Notes: a model not told the origin generated them from the sequence alone. A stretch of DNA of 63,990 bases, filler included, from Olpidium bornovanus S191 (GCA_017911155.1; 31 parts of 31 records of this genome joined end to end with filler, not necessarily neighbours in it); one strand, 5' to 3'; positions 1 to 11,084 are shown, counted from the first letter of the whole stretch. Numbers and translations: made by a program.

Positions 1-274
1 CATGGCCTGCTTGCGATAACGCAGCTCGCAAACATCTTCTGTCCTCCGATACACACCGGTGGGCGTGTCCTTCCAGCGGCCCTAACGTCACAGCGGCTTC
101 CCAAAACGGGAAACACCCTCCGCCAGTGTCGCAAACGCTTCCGCAGTTTGCAGACGCATCCGGCAGCCCGTGTGGCAACGGTAGCGAGCACAGCAATGGG
201 GGCCTCTCCGGCAAATTCCAACGGCAATGGCAGCAAGCACAGACGACCAACGTTGGCACGACAACAAGCAAAAA

Positions 275-1383
275 TTACGATGCATAAAGAAATGTGTGAA
301 AGGCAGTCCATATGAGCTGCGGGAAGAAAAACGACCGCGTCAGAACCTTGCGGCGACGAGATTGACGCCGAAAGTGACCGCCCCGACGTTCTACCGTATG
401 AGCTGCAAATCCCGGAAACAACCCCTCTGTAAAGAACCAAGAACCGGGGCGCGACGATGGACACGTCCAAAAAACAAAAAAAAAGGAAAAGGGCAGTTTT
501 GATCGGTGCCCGCCGGTTACGATAATCCCACGACCCGAGTCCGTGGCCGTTGTAATCAGGCAGGAGAGGCTGCAAATTTCATACCTTGGCTCAATTCCAA
601 CTTGCTCCCAAACTCCTCGTCGTCGGGTATTCCGAGAAACGAGTTGGTGTACAGCGACACAGACGCGAACGACGTGACGAAGTAGCTTAGGAAGGAGCAA
701 CGGTTCAGCAGGGATTTGTGAGGGGAATGGGGGCATCAAGATTGCGAGCCAGCCCTGCGGTTTGAGAAGCCGGTGATGTCACTTGGAACTCCAGCGGTAA
801 CGTACCTCAGGATCCCGACTACGCCCGTGACGCCGAAGACACCCCACATGACCCCGGTGATGACGGAGAGGACCAGCCTGTACCCGAACACCTGCGCAGG
901 CACCAATCCGTGGCGGCGTCCGCCGTTTAGAAAACGGAGCCACAGCTTCAAAAAGACCACCGCGGCCGCTTGGGTGGCGCGGGACAGGGCTCGACGCGGG
1001 ACCCACATACAGCATCTTTCAGTTCCTCCTGCCGACGTGGGGGGGTTGAGAGGGAGGACATCGCCAAGTACGTCACAGCGAGAACCAAGGGGGCGGGGGG
1101 AAGGGATAAGGACGCGGTAAGGACCCGTCATTGTTGAAGCCATCGTTTGCGCGCTTTGATCTCGGGTTTGGAGGACGTCCCGCGGCCCTTCCCCACTTCT
1201 CACCCTCCGAGGGATTACCTTCTTCCAGACTGCTTTCTTCGTCAGCGCCTTCCGCCACACCGGCAGCTGTCCGCCTGCCGGCGCCGGCGGAGGAGCGGCG
1301 TGCTTCCCCCGCCGTCGACTGTCCCCGCCAGTTCCCCCTTCCGCGCGTAGGTGGCGCTTGTTCGCGCCCGGAGACTGGGCCAT
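275..1383 (-). CDS. RAB5IF: RAB5IF/C20orf24 (OPTI, Rab5ip family) small membrane protein, complete, 6 exons
   Basis: Manual splice 1383-1219, 1028-1011, 891-806, 685-585, 426-395, 316-275, all GT-AG and in phase. Product ...VWRKALTKKAVWKKEELKDAVFGYRLVLSVITGVMWGVFGVTGVVGILSYFVTSFASVSLYTNSFLGIPDDEEFGSKLELSQEGLFPGFAAHTLIWTAFHTFLYAS* follows the C20orf24 pattern (VLGVIWG; IDEEEYGGTWELTKEGF). Confidence 0.88.
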
Positions 1384-1666
1384 TGTCTATGCTGCCGCGG
1401 GAAGGATCCCCGGCAGGTTCGCTCGCTGGTGGGGCCGCTGGGGTAGGGCGCAACGTGCACGCGCCGCAGGGCGGGGGCGGGGAGATTTCATGCGCTTTCA
1501 CCGACGATAGGATAAATCGAACTGGCGGCCGGAATATTTCCCGGTCCCGCCGTCCGCGCTTTTCTCTCGGCTAAAAAACAAAAAAAAAAAAATAAAAATA
1601 AAAAAAAATAATCTGTGCCGCGTGCGCGCTCGAAAGGACGCCGGGCTGGAAAACAAGAACTGAACG

Positions 1667-1766
1667 NNNNNNNNNNNNNNNNNNNNNNNNNNNNNNNNNN
1701 NNNNNNNNNNTTAATTAATTAANNNNNNNNNNNNNNNNNNNNNNNNNNNNNNNNNNNNNNNNNNNN
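1667..1766. other. Artificial contig linker (first of 30). Others start at 4294, 5790, 7916, 10417, 11518, 14291, 15459, 16784, 19633, 23284, 24580, 26312, 29965, 32634, 34922, 36893, 38006, 40131, 43762, 45821, 46988, 50850, 52192, 54548, 56621, 58293, 60398, 61633, 62854
   Basis: Each is 44 N + TTAATTAATTAA + 44 N. The 12-mer places stop codons in all six frames. Confidence 0.99.
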
Positions 1767-1808
1767 CATGTTTCGTAGGGGTTCGGTGGCAGGGGTCGTA
1801 GAAGAGTA

Positions 1809-1993
1809 ACTGGCTTCCGTCACGGAAGCCAGTCCTTGTGCTGAGGCAATTCAGCAAGGCACAGGTCAGCAACCGTTTAACCGTTTCGGCGGGGAGTTGA
1901 AGTCGGAAGTTTTGTTACTTGTTGCTGACTTGTTGCTGACTTTGCCTTATCGTGCCAATGAGTAACTGGCTTCCGTCACGGAAGCCAGTTACT
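1809..1993. repeat. Two copies of a perfect palindrome ACTGGCTTCCGT-C-ACGGAAGCCAGT
   Basis: Copy 1 at 1809-1833 has 12-bp arms. Copy 2 at 1961-1993 extends to 16-bp arms with a 1-nt loop. A partial reverse copy CCGTGACGGAA lies near 2004. Confidence 0.9.
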
Positions 1994-2009
1994 AGGTCAA
2001 CAACCGTGA

Positions 2010-4293
2010 CGGAAAGCAGACGGAGTGGGAGGCGAAGAATCTTATTTTCAGGCGCTAGATGAGCGGACAAGCTTGATGACCGGTCAGTTTAATTTGAGGG
2101 CGTGTGTGGGAGGCGAAGAATCTGACAGGTCAGTGAAATTTTTTTCAGGCGCTAGATGAGCGGACAAGCTTGATGACCGGTCAGTTTAATTTGAGGGCGT
2201 GTGTGGGAGGCGAAGAATCTTATTTTTCAGGCAAATTTTTTTCAGGCGCTAGATGAGCGGACAAGCTTGATGGCCGGTCAGTTTAATTTGAGGGCGAATT
2301 TTTTTCAGGCGCTAGATGAGCGGACAAGCTTGATGGCCGGTCAGTTTAATTTGAGGGCGTGTGTGGGAGGCGAAGAATCTTATTTTCAGGCGCTAGGTGA
2401 ACGGACAAGCTTGATGACAGGTCGGTGAAATTTGATGAAAGCTTGATGACAGGTCAGTGAAATTTGCATGACCTGACAGGTCAGAGTTTAATGAGGTCGG
2501 TGAAATTTGAAGGCGTGTGAAACTAATATGAGGGCAGGTCAGTGAATATTTTGAATATTTGAAGTCGGTTTTCTTCAGACGCTAACGCGTTATTCGCTAA
2601 CTTTATTTTTCAGGCGCTAGATGAGCGGACAAGCTTGATGAGCGGATGACAGGTCAGTGAGAATGATGAGCGGATGACAGGTCAGTGAGAATGATGAGCG
2701 GATGACAGGTCAGTGAGAATCTAGCGGATGACAGGTCAGTGAGAATCTAAACGCGTTATTTTTTAGCGGATGACAGGTCAGTGAGAATGATGAGCGGATG
2801 ACAGGTCAGTGAGAATCTAGCGGATGACAGGTCAGTGAGAATCTAAACGCGTTATTTTTTTTCAGGCAGTGAAGGTCAGTGAAAATCTAGCGGATGACAG
2901 GTCAGTGAGAATCTAAACGCGTTATTTTTTTTCAGGCGCTAGATGAGCGGGGTCAGTGAAAATCTATGACAGGTCAGTGATCTAGCGGATGACAGGTCAG
3001 TGACAATCTAAACGCGTTATTTTTTTTCAGGCGCTAGATGAGCGGAGTCAGTGAAAATCTAAACGCGTTATTTTTCAGGTGCTAGATGAGCGGACAAGCT
3101 TGATGACAGGTCAGTGAAAACAGGTCAGTGAGAATCTAAACGCGTTATTTTTTTTCAGGCAGTGAGAATCTAGCGGATGACAGGTCAGTGAGAATCTAAA
3201 CGCGTTATTTTTTTCAGGCGCTAGATGGCGCTAGATGAGCGGGGGGATGACATGTGAGCTTTGACAGGTTTTTAGGCAGTTTCGGAGCTTCGGGCCAAAA
3301 CGCGATCAGCCTGTAGGTTTGTAGGCACCAATTAGGCACTCTTCGAGCATTTATCAGCCTATAGGTTTGTAGGCACCAATTAGGCACTCTTCGAGCATTT
3401 AGAAGCCTTTCAACCTGTCGACGGTTTTTTTTCAGGCGCTAGATGAGCGGGGTCAGTGAAAATCTATGACAGGTCAATGAGAATCTAGCGGATGACAGGG
3501 ATGACAGGTCAGTGACAATCTAAACGCGTTATTTTTTTTAGGCGCTAGATGAGCGGGGTCAGTGAAAATCTAAGCGCGTTATTTTTCAAGTGCTAGATGA
3601 GCGGACAAGCTTGATGACAGGTCAGTGAAAATCGCGTTATTTTTTTTTCAGTCGCTAGATGAGCGGGGTCAGTGAAAATCTAAACGCGCAGTGAAAATCT
3701 AAACGCGTTATTTTTCAGGTGCCAGATGAGCGGACAATCTTGATGACAGGTCAGTGAAAATCTAAACGCCTTTATTTTCAGGCGCTAGATGAGCGGGGTC
3801 AGTGAAAATCTAAACGCGTTATTTTTCAGGCGCTAGATGAGCGGACAAGATGAGCGGGGTCAGTCGAAAGGCGCTAGATGAGCGGACAAGCTTGATGACA
3901 ACACTTGATGACAAGTCAGTGAGAATCTAAACGCGTTATTTTTCAGGCGCTCTAGATGAGCGGGGTCAGTCAGTGAGAATCTAAATGCCTTATTTTTCAG
4001 GCGCTAGATGAGCGGGGTCAGTGAGAATCTAAACGCCTTATTTTTCAGGCGCTAGATGAGCGGGGTCAGTGAAAATCTAAACGCGTTATTTTTCAGCCGC
4101 TAGATGAGCGGACAAGCTTGATGACAGGTCAGTGAGAATCTAAACGCGTTATTTTTCAGGCGCTCTAGATGAGCGGGGTCAAGCTTGATGACAGGTCAGT
4201 GAGTGTTATTTTTCAGGCGCTAGATGAGCGGACAAGCTTGATGACAGGTCAGTGAAAGCGCTCTATATGAGCGGGGTCTGTTATTTTTCAGGC
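2010..4293. repeat. Modular satellite/minisatellite array of shuffled ~14-17-nt blocks, full unit about 60-65 nt
   Basis: About 20 or more copies of GCTAGATGAGCGG, interleaved with ACAAGCTTGATGAC, AGGTCAGTGA(G/A)AATCT and AAACGCGTTATTTTTTC. An unrelated 48-bp duplication interrupts the array at about 3306-3400. Confidence 0.92.
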
Positions 4294-4740
4294 NNNNNNN
4301 NNNNNNNNNNNNNNNNNNNNNNNNNNNNNNNNNNNNNTTAATTAATTAANNNNNNNNNNNNNNNNNNNNNNNNNNNNNNNNNNNNNNNNNNNNCATGTAA
4401 CTAGCGGGCTTCCACGCCCGAGAAAATGCAAAATAGAGCGGGAAACCTTCCGTCCAGGTACAGTAACTCAAAACAGCCGAGAAGAAAAAAACAAGTAATT
4501 CCACAACGCCAAGCGCCGTCTCACCTCAAAGTCGACAGATGGCAAGAAAGGCGCAGGAGTAAAATCTATACAAAAAAAAGACCTGCCCGGATCAAAGACG
4601 AAGGCGGCGAACGATAGGTGAAACTACCGGGACGGGTCGACCGGGAGTAGACCCGGTGGAAAGGGGGGCAATATGATCTCCGGGAAAACCTGTGTGGACC
4701 CGAAAGACAAATCCGTTCTGTTCTCTTTTGGTATCCATTA

Positions 4741-5560
4741 CTCTTTACCTGTGAGCGGCGAGAATGAGCGGTCGCCCTCGGTGGGGCCGGTCATCCTCTG
4801 AAGCGCCGCTGCGGCGGTATCGTTGGACTCAGACTCCTTCTTCTCCTCCCCGTTAACCACCTTTCTGACGTCGCCGGACTTGAGAACCGTCCGCGCGGCC
4901 TCCTTGGCCCGGCGGGCCTCTTCTTCGCGGCGTCTCCTTCGCTCTTCGGCGTCCCGAAGAGCCTTGTCCTCGTCGCGGGGCTTGGCCTCACCGAACGGGC
5001 TTGGGCGATTGTGTCGAGGAGTTGCAGGAGAACCCTCAGACGGCGTGGTGCGACCAGAGTTGCGACCAGAGTCAAGGCTGCAGGCGCTTAGCGAACGCGG
5101 CTCCAAGACCAGCTTTTGCCGCTCGGTTGGTATGTCGCGCGATGAGCCCGGGCCTCCAACTGCCGATATTGCGTTCAACGCGAGGATCTTAATAATAGTC
5201 CGACGTTCACGATTAGTGGCGAACAAGCAAAATACGACACTTTTCTTACCCAATCGGGACTCAAATCCGCGCCGTCCTGACGACCCGCTCCCCAAGCGGG
5301 TGAGTGACCCATGCCGCTCCAGCGGCATCCTCGGGCCGTTTGGAACAAATTTGCTAGTCCAGGAATCCGCAGCGTCGGCGCGACAGGGTTCGCGGGGTGG
5401 CCGGTCCTGCAGACCGCGTCCCGAATCGCGATCTCCTTCAAACCCTCGACGCATGTGGTCACGGTCGCTGAAACCAGAACCTCGTCGCTCACTCTCCAAT
5501 GGGGTCGACCGGCGCCAGTTGTCTACATCCGACCGGTCATCATGCTTATCCCTCTCTAAT
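4741..5560 (-). CDS. Translation initiation factor eIF4B-like, central/C-terminal part (partial, spliced)
   Basis: DRSDVDNWRR, RADAADSW, RQKLVLEPRS and PSPFGEAKPRDEDKALRDAEERRRRREEE resemble the eIF4B DRYG-rich and NPFG-AKP motifs. The RRM is not on this contig. Confidence 0.7.
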
Positions 5561-6235
5561 TAGGGAAAGTTACAATCGTGTCCAATAATCTCAAAATAAA
5601 CGGCGCCAGCAGCAGAAATACCGCAAACGTACGAGGTTCAGCAATATTGATCCTGAGGCTACGCCCACTCATGGTCTACGGAGAAGCGCACATAAAAAAA
5701 AAGCGACGTCGCAAACGTAAATACGCCCGATTAAGCGTACGGCAAAAAATAAACGAAAAAGAATATCACCGACCGTTCCGTCGTATTGCNNNNNNNNNNN
5801 NNNNNNNNNNNNNNNNNNNNNNNNNNNNNNNNNTTAATTAATTAANNNNNNNNNNNNNNNNNNNNNNNNNNNNNNNNNNNNNNNNNNNNCATGAAAGGAT
5901 TTCTATGATCCCACCGACAAAATTGAAAACGCAGCAATGGAGACAAAGCGATAAATTGATTGCACACTGTTTACATACAGTTCCATCCGTTTTTTTTGGA
6001 TTCCACAAGTCCAAACCTGGCTCAATGAGGATGTCGTCGAGGTGAACAATTTCAGGAAGCGGAAAAACAGGGACTCGGCATTGCCAACTGGAAACGACTT
6101 CAAGTTACACCTACGACAATCCCAGCGTCTTCGGAACCGAGCTACCGTAGCACTGCGCGCACCCGCCCGGAAATTTTCCTCTTCTATGTAAAACCCGGCA
6201 GATCGGCGGAATACAGAAGCTCTTTGAGCTCCTCT

Positions 6236-6422
6236 TCAAAACCTCATATTCTACCCCCCCCCCCCCCTTCCTTTCTCGGTCTCATCCGCGTAACGCGCGC
6301 AGTTTGGGACGGGCGAAGCGCTTTCTCTCAAAACCTCATATTCTACACTCCCCCCCCCCCTTCCTTTCTCGGTCTCATCCGCGTAACGCGCGCAGTTTGG
6401 GACGGGCGAAGCGCTTTCTCTC
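6236..6422. repeat. Tandem duplication, 2 x ~92 bp
   Basis: TCAAAACCTCATATTCTAC...GGCGAAGCGCTTTCTC starts at 6236 and again at 6328. Confidence 0.9.
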
Positions 6423-6601
6423 ACGCCCTTTTTACTATCTTCTGTTCTTTCTCGTTTCATTAATAACGTCGAAAGACGTTTCTATTATAATTTTAATAAA
6501 CAAAAAAAAAACCAAAAGGAAGATAAAAAGACAACATTGAAAAGGGACAAGATAATTTAAAATTAAAAAAGGGACAAGAGAGAGGTAGATAAGATTTTGA
6601 G

Positions 6602-7621
6602 CTAGACGTACTCGCGTTCCGGGTAACGTCCGCTCACCTGGTTGTGGTAGTAGAACAACTCCGCGAACAAGTGGCGCAACTGCTGACTGTCAGCGAAGCT
6701 GCCGCCGCGGCGGCCGTTCACGTTGTCGTCCTGGTAGCACCTGTCAAACCGGTCTCCGCCGCGGAGGATCAGCGCCAGCGCCGCCCCGCGCCGCTCGAAG
6801 GGGTCGACGAGCGCGAAGTCCACCATTTGTAAGGCCTGGGCCACGTAATCGAACAGGTGGCCGCAGCTCGTTCCCGGCGCCCGGTCGCAGAGGGACCGGA
6901 TCCGGGTCGGCTCCGCCGGCGGGCCGCGGTGGTTCAGGAGCCGGTCGCCGTCTTCACCGGAGCGGCTGGGGCACACCCGCTCGTAGAGCTCGTATGCCAG
7001 GGACGTCAGATCGTCGCCCAAGTCGCCGGCGTCGAAAGCCACCACGTCGAGGGCCCAGTTCAGTCGCTCGATCCGGTGCGCCCACGCGGCCCACGACTCG
7101 CGGCTGTCCGGCGGGTTCTCCGAGAGGTAGATTTGCAACCCGACGTCCAGGGCGTCCGCCATCGACACCAGCCAGGCGCGGACGGCCGCGTCGTTGGTGG
7201 AGAGGCTTGGGCCCGCCCGGGCGGCGCCCGGGGCTTTGCCGGAGGGACTGCCGGGCAAGACAGGCAACTCGAAGCCGGGCACGACCGCGGCGACGCGCGC
7301 GCGGAACGCGGCCATCGCCTGCCGGCGGACCCCGGAGTGATCGCGGAGGAGGAACATCTTGCTGTGGGGGGGCGCGGCCGCGAAGTTGGCAGCCACGTCC
7401 ATGACGACCAGCTTGGCGGCGTTCACGTGGCTGCGGACGGCCGAAGACACGAACCAGGCGAAGGATTCCGGCGGCGGCCGCTGGTGGAGTTGCGGGGCAG
7501 GGTCCTGCTCCGCCGCCAGCATGGGCTTGGGGGCGACAAGGGCGGCGGCCAAGGCGAAGAAGGCGAGGGCGCGGGCGAGGGCGCGGGCGAGGGCGAGGCG
7601 TGCGGCGGAGGCGGCGCCCAT
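6602..7621 (-). CDS. Intronless orphan protein of 339 aa with a putative signal peptide
   Basis: Complete ORF with GC3-biased codons. Hydrophobic N-terminus MGAASAARLALARALARALAFFALAAALVAPKPMLAA, 4 Cys, no family recognised. Confidence 0.7.
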   Translation of the reverse strand: MGAASAARLALARALARALAFFALAAALVAPKPMLAAEQDPAPQLHQRPPPESFAWFVSSAVRSHVNAAKLVVMDVAANFAAAPPHSKMFLLRDHSGVRRQAMAAFRARVAAVVPGFELPVLPGSPSGKAPGAARAGPSLSTNDAAVRAWLVSMADALDVGLQIYLSENPPDSRESWAAWAHRIERLNWALDVVAFDAGDLGDDLTSLAYELYERVCPSRSGEDGDRLLNHRGPPAEPTRIRSLCDRAPGTSCGHLFDYVAQALQMVDFALVDPFERRGAALALILRGGDRFDRCYQDDNVNGRRGGSFADSQQLRHLFAELFYYHNQVSGRYPEREYV

Positions 7622-7824
7622 CTCCGGTCGGGAGGAAGGGGAAGGCGGGAAGCCAAGAGCGGGAACGGAACGGAACGGTCTCTCTCTGCCGAAGGAGACT
7701 TCTCTCTCTCTGGCTCTCTCTTTTTATCTCCGCTCTCGTTCACTCACTCGCCCTTTCTCTGCGCCGCCGCTTTTTTGTCCCCCACACCCTTTTCTTCCTT
7801 CCCCTCATTTGTTTGCTTGTTGTT

Positions 7825-7865
<41 letters not shown>

Positions 7866-7870
7866 CCCTT

Positions 7871-7915
<45 letters not shown>

Positions 7916-8068
7916 NNNNNNNNNNNNNNNNNNNNNNNNNNNNNNNNNNNNNNNNNNNNTTAATTAATTAANNNNNNNNNNNNNNNNNNNNNNNNNNNNN
8001 NNNNNNNNNNNNNNNCATGCCCGCTTCTTTTGTCCTTACTTGATTTCTCGGAACTTTTACTTTTGTAG

Positions 8069-8276
8069 CGACCAGGCCGAAGCGCACCGCCAAAAAGCGA
8101 AAGCAGCCCGAGAGCGCCGCCAGGTCCGCGTCGCCTATAAGAAAGACTTGGCCCTTGCCGAGTATTCAGCCAAAGCAGACGAGACTGCGCCTGTTGCACT
8201 GCCAGCAAAGGCCGAGAAGAAGGACGCTGGCGCGTCCACCCTTTCTGAAAAAGGAAAGAAGAAAAATAAAAAATAG
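8069..8276 (+). CDS. RPL19: 60S ribosomal protein eL19, last exon
   Basis: Acceptor TTTTGTAG at 8068. DQAEAHRQKAKAARERRQVRVAYKK matches the eL19 C-terminal helix (DQAEARRSKTKEARKRR). Confidence 0.8.
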
Positions 8277-8849
8277 ATAATAAAAACTGGCTCCATACCA
8301 GGATTTTACTTTTTTGGCCACTTCGCTGGATGTTCGCGAAACGGACGCTGTTCAATTTGTGTACGGACTGATGGGCGTGTGTGCCTGACCCAGCCGGTAA
8401 TGCAGTCGAACCTGACACTGCGCACGCCGATGACGTCATCCTTGCGTGGACGACTCCGAAAAGTCCATCGCCCGGCGCCTAACTGTGGAGTGTCGAGATT
8501 GTCGTCAACCAGTTGTCAAATCGAGGAGGACAGCAAGTCGGGGTCTTCCGAGTTGCTTGGAAGTCGGGTTTTGATCATTTGGGGATCGTCACCCTCTCGG
8601 GGTCGTGCATAATCAGATGGCAGCGCTCACAAGAGGACTGGAAACAGCACGGCTGCTTCATTCGCATTGTCAGCGGCCACACATCTCAACCCCAGATCCT
8701 GTTCAAGATTCAAGAAGTGGCTTTCTGAATCCTCGTTGTCGGGCGTGGGAAACACCTTTTTGATTTCAAGCAGTGTAAGGGCCACATGGCAGAGCACATC
8801 TCATTTGTGCACTAGTGGGGTGCGCAAACGCAGAGCTAATGAGACCGAG

Positions 8850-9412
8850 ACTGCCAGCTTACCCAGATCTGGGGGGTTGTTTGTACAATGTCACAACACG
8901 CCCACACGACAAAAACCCCTGTCTAGCATACACGCTGTGGTCTACTGCGCCCACAAACATGCGCACACATGCAAGGCGTCCTCTTCTTGGCATCCCACAC
9001 CTCGTACAACCCGCATACCCGACACATAGGTGTGCGCTTTCACTTTATCCGTGTGGCAGTCGCCAGTGGCGACGTTCATCTGGAGCAAGTCCCGTATGTG
9101 CAAAATACACCGGATACTTTAACAAAGCACCTTTTCTCCCTCTATTCCTCGCGTGTCGTCGGGAGCTTGGTCTTGCTCCTGTTATCAAAGCACCATGCCT
9201 TGTGTCTCCTTCCTCTCCTCCTCCTTCACCGTCGTCATGTCGATTTCATTGTCCCGCACAATTTGTTCGTTCCCCGCTGCTACACGTGCACTGACGAGAG
9301 GGGGTGTCAGAAGACGACAAATAATCGATAGCGTCACGTGATCATATAGCGCACCTCCTCTTCTTCGAAGCCTTCCCCCATTCCTCCTTCTTCGATTAAC
9401 TCTCTCCAAACA
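8850..9412 (+). mobile_element. Degenerate Ty1/copia 3' end: RNase H remnant, PPT and putative 108-bp 3' LTR (9305-9412)
   Basis: HTRHIGVRFHFIRVAVASGDVHLEQVPYVQNTPDTLTK is the copia RNase H C-terminus, frameshifted upstream. PPT GAGAGGGGG is directly followed by TGTCAG, and the putative LTR ends CTCTCTCCAAACA. The LTR end is inferred. Confidence 0.75.
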
Positions 9413-10012
9413 AAAACTCCTTCGGCGAGAGGATTTTTGAAAAAAGAAACAAGGTCATCCCGGTTTTCCAAGCAGACCAGTGTCTCTCAAGCTTTGCGTT
9501 TTCCCTTGTTCTTGTATTATAGATGATTGGGCGATTGTGCCAATGTTACAAATGACCCCGTGGCGTGGAGTATTTGGTGCATCCGCATGCGGCGTTTGGG
9601 GAACAGGGCTTGGACAGGTGACGGGCGGATGGAGATGGCAAAAAAGTAGACGCAGCGAGTGCAAGCGATGTCGCACGCGCGAGCCGCGGAAAAGCGCAGG
9701 GCGATGAAGCAGGTGCCGGCGAAAACAGCGGCTGCACGGGCGGTACTGCGGTCAAAGCAAGCACGGCTCCAAGCAATGGACTAGTCCTCCGGCGCGCCGA
9801 ACCCTGGTAGTGTAAGATGTTACTTCGAATTTTATTGCATCTAACAACATGGACAGTAGAGTCCTGTTAGTATAATGCAATTAGTATAAGTATTGCAAAT
9901 GATATTGCTACATATTTTAGGTGGTAGTTTGAATCTAGTAGTGATAGTTCAAGTGATACTGGCATACATTTCCATCAATCTAAGGTGTAAAATGTAAGGC
10001 GCTGTGACAAGC

Positions 10013-10127
10013 GCGCTGCACTGCGGCACGGCCTTCGAACGGCGCTGCACTGTGGCAGGGCCTTCGAACGGCGCTGCACAGTGGCACGGCCTTCGAACGA
10101 CGCTGCGCTGTGGCACGGCCTTCGAAC
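10013..10127. repeat. 4 x 29-bp tandem repeat GCGCTGCACTGTGGCACGGCCTTCGAACG
   Basis: Units start at 10013, 10042, 10071 and 10100. A separate 2 x ~39-bp repeat lies at about 10321-10400. Confidence 0.9.
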
Positions 10128-11084
10128 CGCTTGTCGACCAACACCACAAAAGGCGGCAGCGGTCGAGAGGCGGAGGCGATCGAGGAGGCGGAGACCGAAG
10201 CAGGTTCAAGGGCAACACGGCCCCCGAACCCGGGGGCCGGCCAATGAAATAAAGCCCCCTCGAAGCCCGCCAATCGAAGAGCTCTCCCCCTTTTTCCCCA
10301 ACGCCACACGCGGAAGCTCCCCGCCAATCATCGTCCCCCCCCTGGGTGAACGATACTGCCCGCCAACCATCGTTCCCCCCCTGGGCAAACGATACCGCCC
10401 GCACGCGCACGAAAGCNNNNNNNNNNNNNNNNNNNNNNNNNNNNNNNNNNNNNNNNNNNNTTAATTAATTAANNNNNNNNNNNNNNNNNNNNNNNNNNNN
10501 NNNNNNNNNNNNNNNNCCACCGGAGCAGAGGTCCCAAGCCCGCAGCATTATCCGGGGGTCGTCGGACGTCCTTCCAGCATAAGCTTTTGCCCGCGGCCTT
10601 TTGGGTCTTTTTATCTGTGCGGTCTCGGACGACCATGCCTGACGTATTACCCAATTTCCGTTATTTTGCGCCCCAGGGCAGATCTTGGTCAACCTCCTCG
10701 ACAAGGTGACGGTGCCGGGGACGTTGCAGGTGTTGCTTGCCGACATGGAGGGTCTGCAGAAACGGTGCCGACACGCGTTATCCTGGCCTGAGGAGCCACG
10801 CGTGTGGGACCGGCTCGGGGCCCTCCTCGGAAGTCGGGAGATCCGCTAAAAAAAAGATGCACTTGTCACAAAAAAAAGAAGATGCGCCTGTCAAAAGAAG
10901 ATGCGCCCAATAAAATGGGGGGTAAGTCCCTGAATTCCCCACTTTGATGCAAAAGTTTTCTCTCTCCTCTCTGCACATATTTTTGACGCCTTGGAAGGCT
11001 TAGGTGTCTTCTGACGCCTAAGGAGGAAGGTGGAGGAAGGTGGCATTGTGCTGGGTCTGGCCGGTGTGGTGTGAACTTTGTTCA

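Noticed and set aside
2010-4293. CRISPR array
   Set aside because: There are no unique spacers, since the inter-repeat sequence is itself repetitive. No cas genes, and the context is eukaryotic.
5790-5889. ORFs that run into X residues or end in LIN/N
   Set aside because: They read into the N/TTAATTAATTAA linker and are artefacts of concatenation.
7280-7310. KMFLLRD as a Crinkler LFLAK or RxLR-like translocation motif in the secreted protein
   Set aside because: The match is poor and the position and downstream HVLV motif do not fit, so it is likely chance.
10517-11000. Possible terminal exon QILVNLLDKVTVPGTLQVLL...
   Set aside because: It is short and no family was recognised, so it cannot be supported.
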